From contig CAZDKV010000002.1 of assembly GCA_964506125.1 (NCBI GenBank), positions 10,924-74,923 on the forward strand: DNA of 64,000 nt, given 5' to 3'. The notes below the pieces were generated by a model, which saw nothing but the letters and a program-made list of their open reading frames with translations, ran no database searches and had not been told where the DNA came from. Position 1 is the stretch's first letter. Each line of letters opens with the position of its first letter. This document shows positions 61,639 through 64,000 of this stretch, in pieces. The position numbers and the translations under genes were made by a program. This stretch comes from an uncultured Candidatus Nanopelagicus sp. (GTDB lineage Bacteria > Actinomycetota > Actinomycetes > Nanopelagicales > Nanopelagicaceae).

Positions 61639-64000
61639 TTACTTGACTAGTAATGAACGTAACACATACTGCATGATTCCACCGTGGCGGTAGTAATCCG
61701 CCTCACCTGGCGTATCTATTCTAAGTTTCGCCTTAAATTTCTTATCGCCGGCGACTACCTCTACCTCCTTTGGTGTTACGCCATCATTTAGCTTATCTAC
61801 TCCGGTGATTGAGAAAACTTCACTTCCATCAAGACCAAGTGATGCAGCATTTTGTCCTTCAAGGAATTGCAGGGGCAATACTCCCATGCCAATCAGATTT
61901 GATCTATGAATTCTTTCAAAAGATTCTGCAATCACAGCTCGAACACCTAACAATGCTGTGCCCTTTGCAGCCCAGTCTCTAGATGAGCCAGAGCCGTACT
62001 CTTTGCCTGCCAAAATTACTAATGGAACTCCGGCAGCTATGTATGCGGTAGAAGCTTCATAAATTGTGGTTTGCTCACCATTTGCTAAAAAGTTTTTAGT
62101 AAAGCCACCCTCTACACCATTTAGCAGTAGATTCTTCAGACGAATATTTGCAAAGGTACCTCTAATCATTACCTCATGGTTACCTCGACGTGAGCCATAT
62201 GAATTAAAATCTGCCTTTTCAATTCCATGTTCAGCTAAGTATTTTCCAGCAGGTGAGTCAACTTTTATATTTCCCGCCGGCGAGATGTGATCGGTGGTAA
62301 CTGAATCTCCTAGTACTGCTAAGACTCTCGCGCCAGATATGTTAGTTACTGGAACTGGATCCCTTGGCATGCCTTCAAAATAAGGTGGCTTTCTTACATA
62401 TGTTGAATTCAAATCCCATTCGAAGGTATTGCCAGTTGGAGTATCCAGAGATTTCCATCTCTTATCCCCTTCAAATACAGAGGCATAATCTTTAGTAAAC
62501 ATATCTGATGATATTGATGATGCAATAACGGACTCGATCTCCTCTGTAGTTGGCCATATATCTTTTAGAAAAACCGGATTTCCGTCACTTCCCATTCCGA
62601 TTGGATCTTTCTGGAAATCATGGTTCATAGAGCCAGTTAATGCATAAGCGACAACTAGAGGTGGTGAAGCTAGGTAATTCATCTTTACATCTGGTGAGAT
62701 TCTTCCTTCAAAGTTGCGATTTCCAGAGAGAACGGCAGAGACTGCTAAATCATTTTCATTAATTGCTTTACTAATCTCAACCGGAAGTGGGCCTGAGTTT
62801 CCAATGCAGGTAACGCAGCCATATCCAACTAGATTAAAACCTAACTTATCCATGTATGGGGTTAAACCAGCGCGATCGTAGTAATCAGTAACCACTTTTG
62901 ATCCAGGTGCCAAAGTAGTTTTTACCCAGGGTTTGCTACTTAAGCCTTTTTCAACTGCTTTTTTGGCTAATAGAGCAGCGCCGATCATAACCGATGGATT
63001 TGATGTATTAGTGCACGAGGTGATCGATGCTATTACAACATCACCATTTGAAACAGTCGTTGCCTTTCCATTTACTTGTACATCAATCTTATTTTTATTT
63101 GTCTTATCACTAAAGTAGGAAGGAGCTACTTCTTGATAAGAAATTTTTGCATCAGTCAAGGAGATTCGATCTTGTGGTCGCTTAGGCCCGGCAATTGAAG
63201 GAACAACTGTTGATAAATCTAATTCAAGTTTTTCAGAGTATCTAGGTGATGCCGCTGGATCATGCCAAAGGCCATTAACTTTTGCATACTTCTCAACTAA
63301 CTCTAATTGCTCAGTAGGTCGACCGGTGAGCTTTAAATATTTAATTGTTTCTTCATCAATAGGAAAGATTGCACAGGTAGAGCCATACTCTGGAGACATA
63401 TTGCCTATGGTGGCCCGATTCGCCATCGGCAGTGCCGATACGCCAGGACCATAGAACTCTACAAATTTTCCTACCACGCCATGTTTTCTCAACATCTGGG
63501 TAATTGTTAGTACCAAATCAGTTGCGGTAGTACCAATTGGTAATTTTCCATTTAATTTGAAGCCAACAACTTTAGGAATCAACATCGAAACCGGCTGACC
63601 CAGTAAAGCTGCTTCGGCTTCTATGCCACCAACTCCCCAACCTAGAACTCCCAAGCCATTAACCATGGTGGTGTGTGAATCAGTTCCCACAACCGTATCT
63701 GGATAGGCTCTTAGCACTCCATCGACTTTTCGATTCATAACTACCCGAGCTAAGTACTCAATATTTACTTGGTGGACAATTCCAGTGCCTGGTGGCACAA
63801 CTTTAAACTCATCAAATGCGCTCTGGCCCCATCTTAAGAAGCGATATCTTTCTTTGTTTCTTTGATACTCAATATCAACATTTTTTTCAAATGAATCTTT
63901 TGTGCCAAATAAATCAGCAATAACTGAGTGATCAATTACTAACTCAGCAGGCGAAAGCGGATTTACTCGAGAAGGATCACCACCCAAATCAGCAATTGCC
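61639..64000 (-). CDS. acnA: Aconitate hydratase A, 5' end outside window
   Basis: [33 protein letters not shown]. Confidence 0.97.
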   Translation of the reverse strand, partial: AIADLGGDPSRVNPLSPAELVIDHSVIADLFGTKDSFEKNVDIEYQRNKERYRFLRWGQSAFDEFKVVPPGTGIVHQVNIEYLARVVMNRKVDGVLRAYPDTVVGTDSHTTMVNGLGVLGWGVGGIEAEAALLGQPVSMLIPKVVGFKLNGKLPIGTTATDLVLTITQMLRKHGVVGKFVEFYGPGVSALPMANRATIGNMSPEYGSTCAIFPIDEETIKYLKLTGRPTEQLELVEKYAKVNGLWHDPAASPRYSEKLELDLSTVVPSIAGPKRPQDRISLTDAKISYQEVAPSYFSDKTNKNKIDVQVNGKATTVSNGDVVIASITSCTNTSNPSVMIGAALLAKKAVEKGLSSKPWVKTTLAPGSKVVTDYYDRAGLTPYMDKLGFNLVGYGCVTCIGNSGPLPVEISKAINENDLAVSAVLSGNRNFEGRISPDVKMNYLASPPLVVAYALTGSMNHDFQKDPIGMGSDGNPVFLKDIWPTTEEIESVIASSISSDMFTKDYASVFEGDKRWKSLDTPTGNTFEWDLNSTYVRKPPYFEGMPRDPVPVTNISGARVLAVLGDSVTTDHISPAGNIKVDSPAGKYLAEHGIEKADFNSYGSRRGNHEVMIRGTFANIRLKNLLLNGVEGGFTKNFLANGEQTTIYEASTAYIAAGVPLVILAGKEYGSGSSRDWAAKGTALLGVRAVIAESFERIHRSNLIGMGVLPLQFLEGQNAASLGLDGSEVFSITGVDKLNDGVTPKEVEVVAGDKKFKAKLRIDTPGEADYYRHGGIMQYVLRSLLVK

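Noticed and set aside
1-64000. Mobile elements, prophage, tRNA or rRNA
   Set aside because: No transposase, integrase, phage gene, terminal repeat or cloverleaf seen; intergenic gaps are short and accounted for.

Overview
Densely packed, mostly core-genome segment of a streamlined, low-GC actinobacterium. Gene content, gene order and the very short intergenic spaces suggest the freshwater acI lineage (Ca. Nanopelagicus/Planktophila); this assignment is an inference. Contents in order: trpD, the bcc-aa3 respiratory genes (ctaE-qcrCAB and ctaCDF) with putA and a flavin oxidoreductase between them, erpA/nadA, gcvT-pepA-lpdA-dlaT, lipBA, glnA, a Ni/Co ECF transporter, ino1, lipid genes, fadAB, dxs and a partial acnA. 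I saw no rRNA, tRNA, CRISPR array or mobile element. Best candidate for an undescribed system: a compact cobalamin riboswitch (19434-19558) controlling a membrane-anchored Cys-rich protein and an uncalled 53-aa membrane peptide, with no transporter ATPase or permease beside them. Other notable signals: concerted loss of the Mg/Mn-site ligands in both cytochrome oxidase subunits; a cysteine-desulfurase homolog lacking the PLP lysine; PafBC-type DNA-damage promoters in front of a solo Cas4-like nuclease and a small Cys-rich protein; a Nur-like box and a probable non-canonical start in the nik operon; a sensorless histidine kinase; and pervasive leaderless gene starts.
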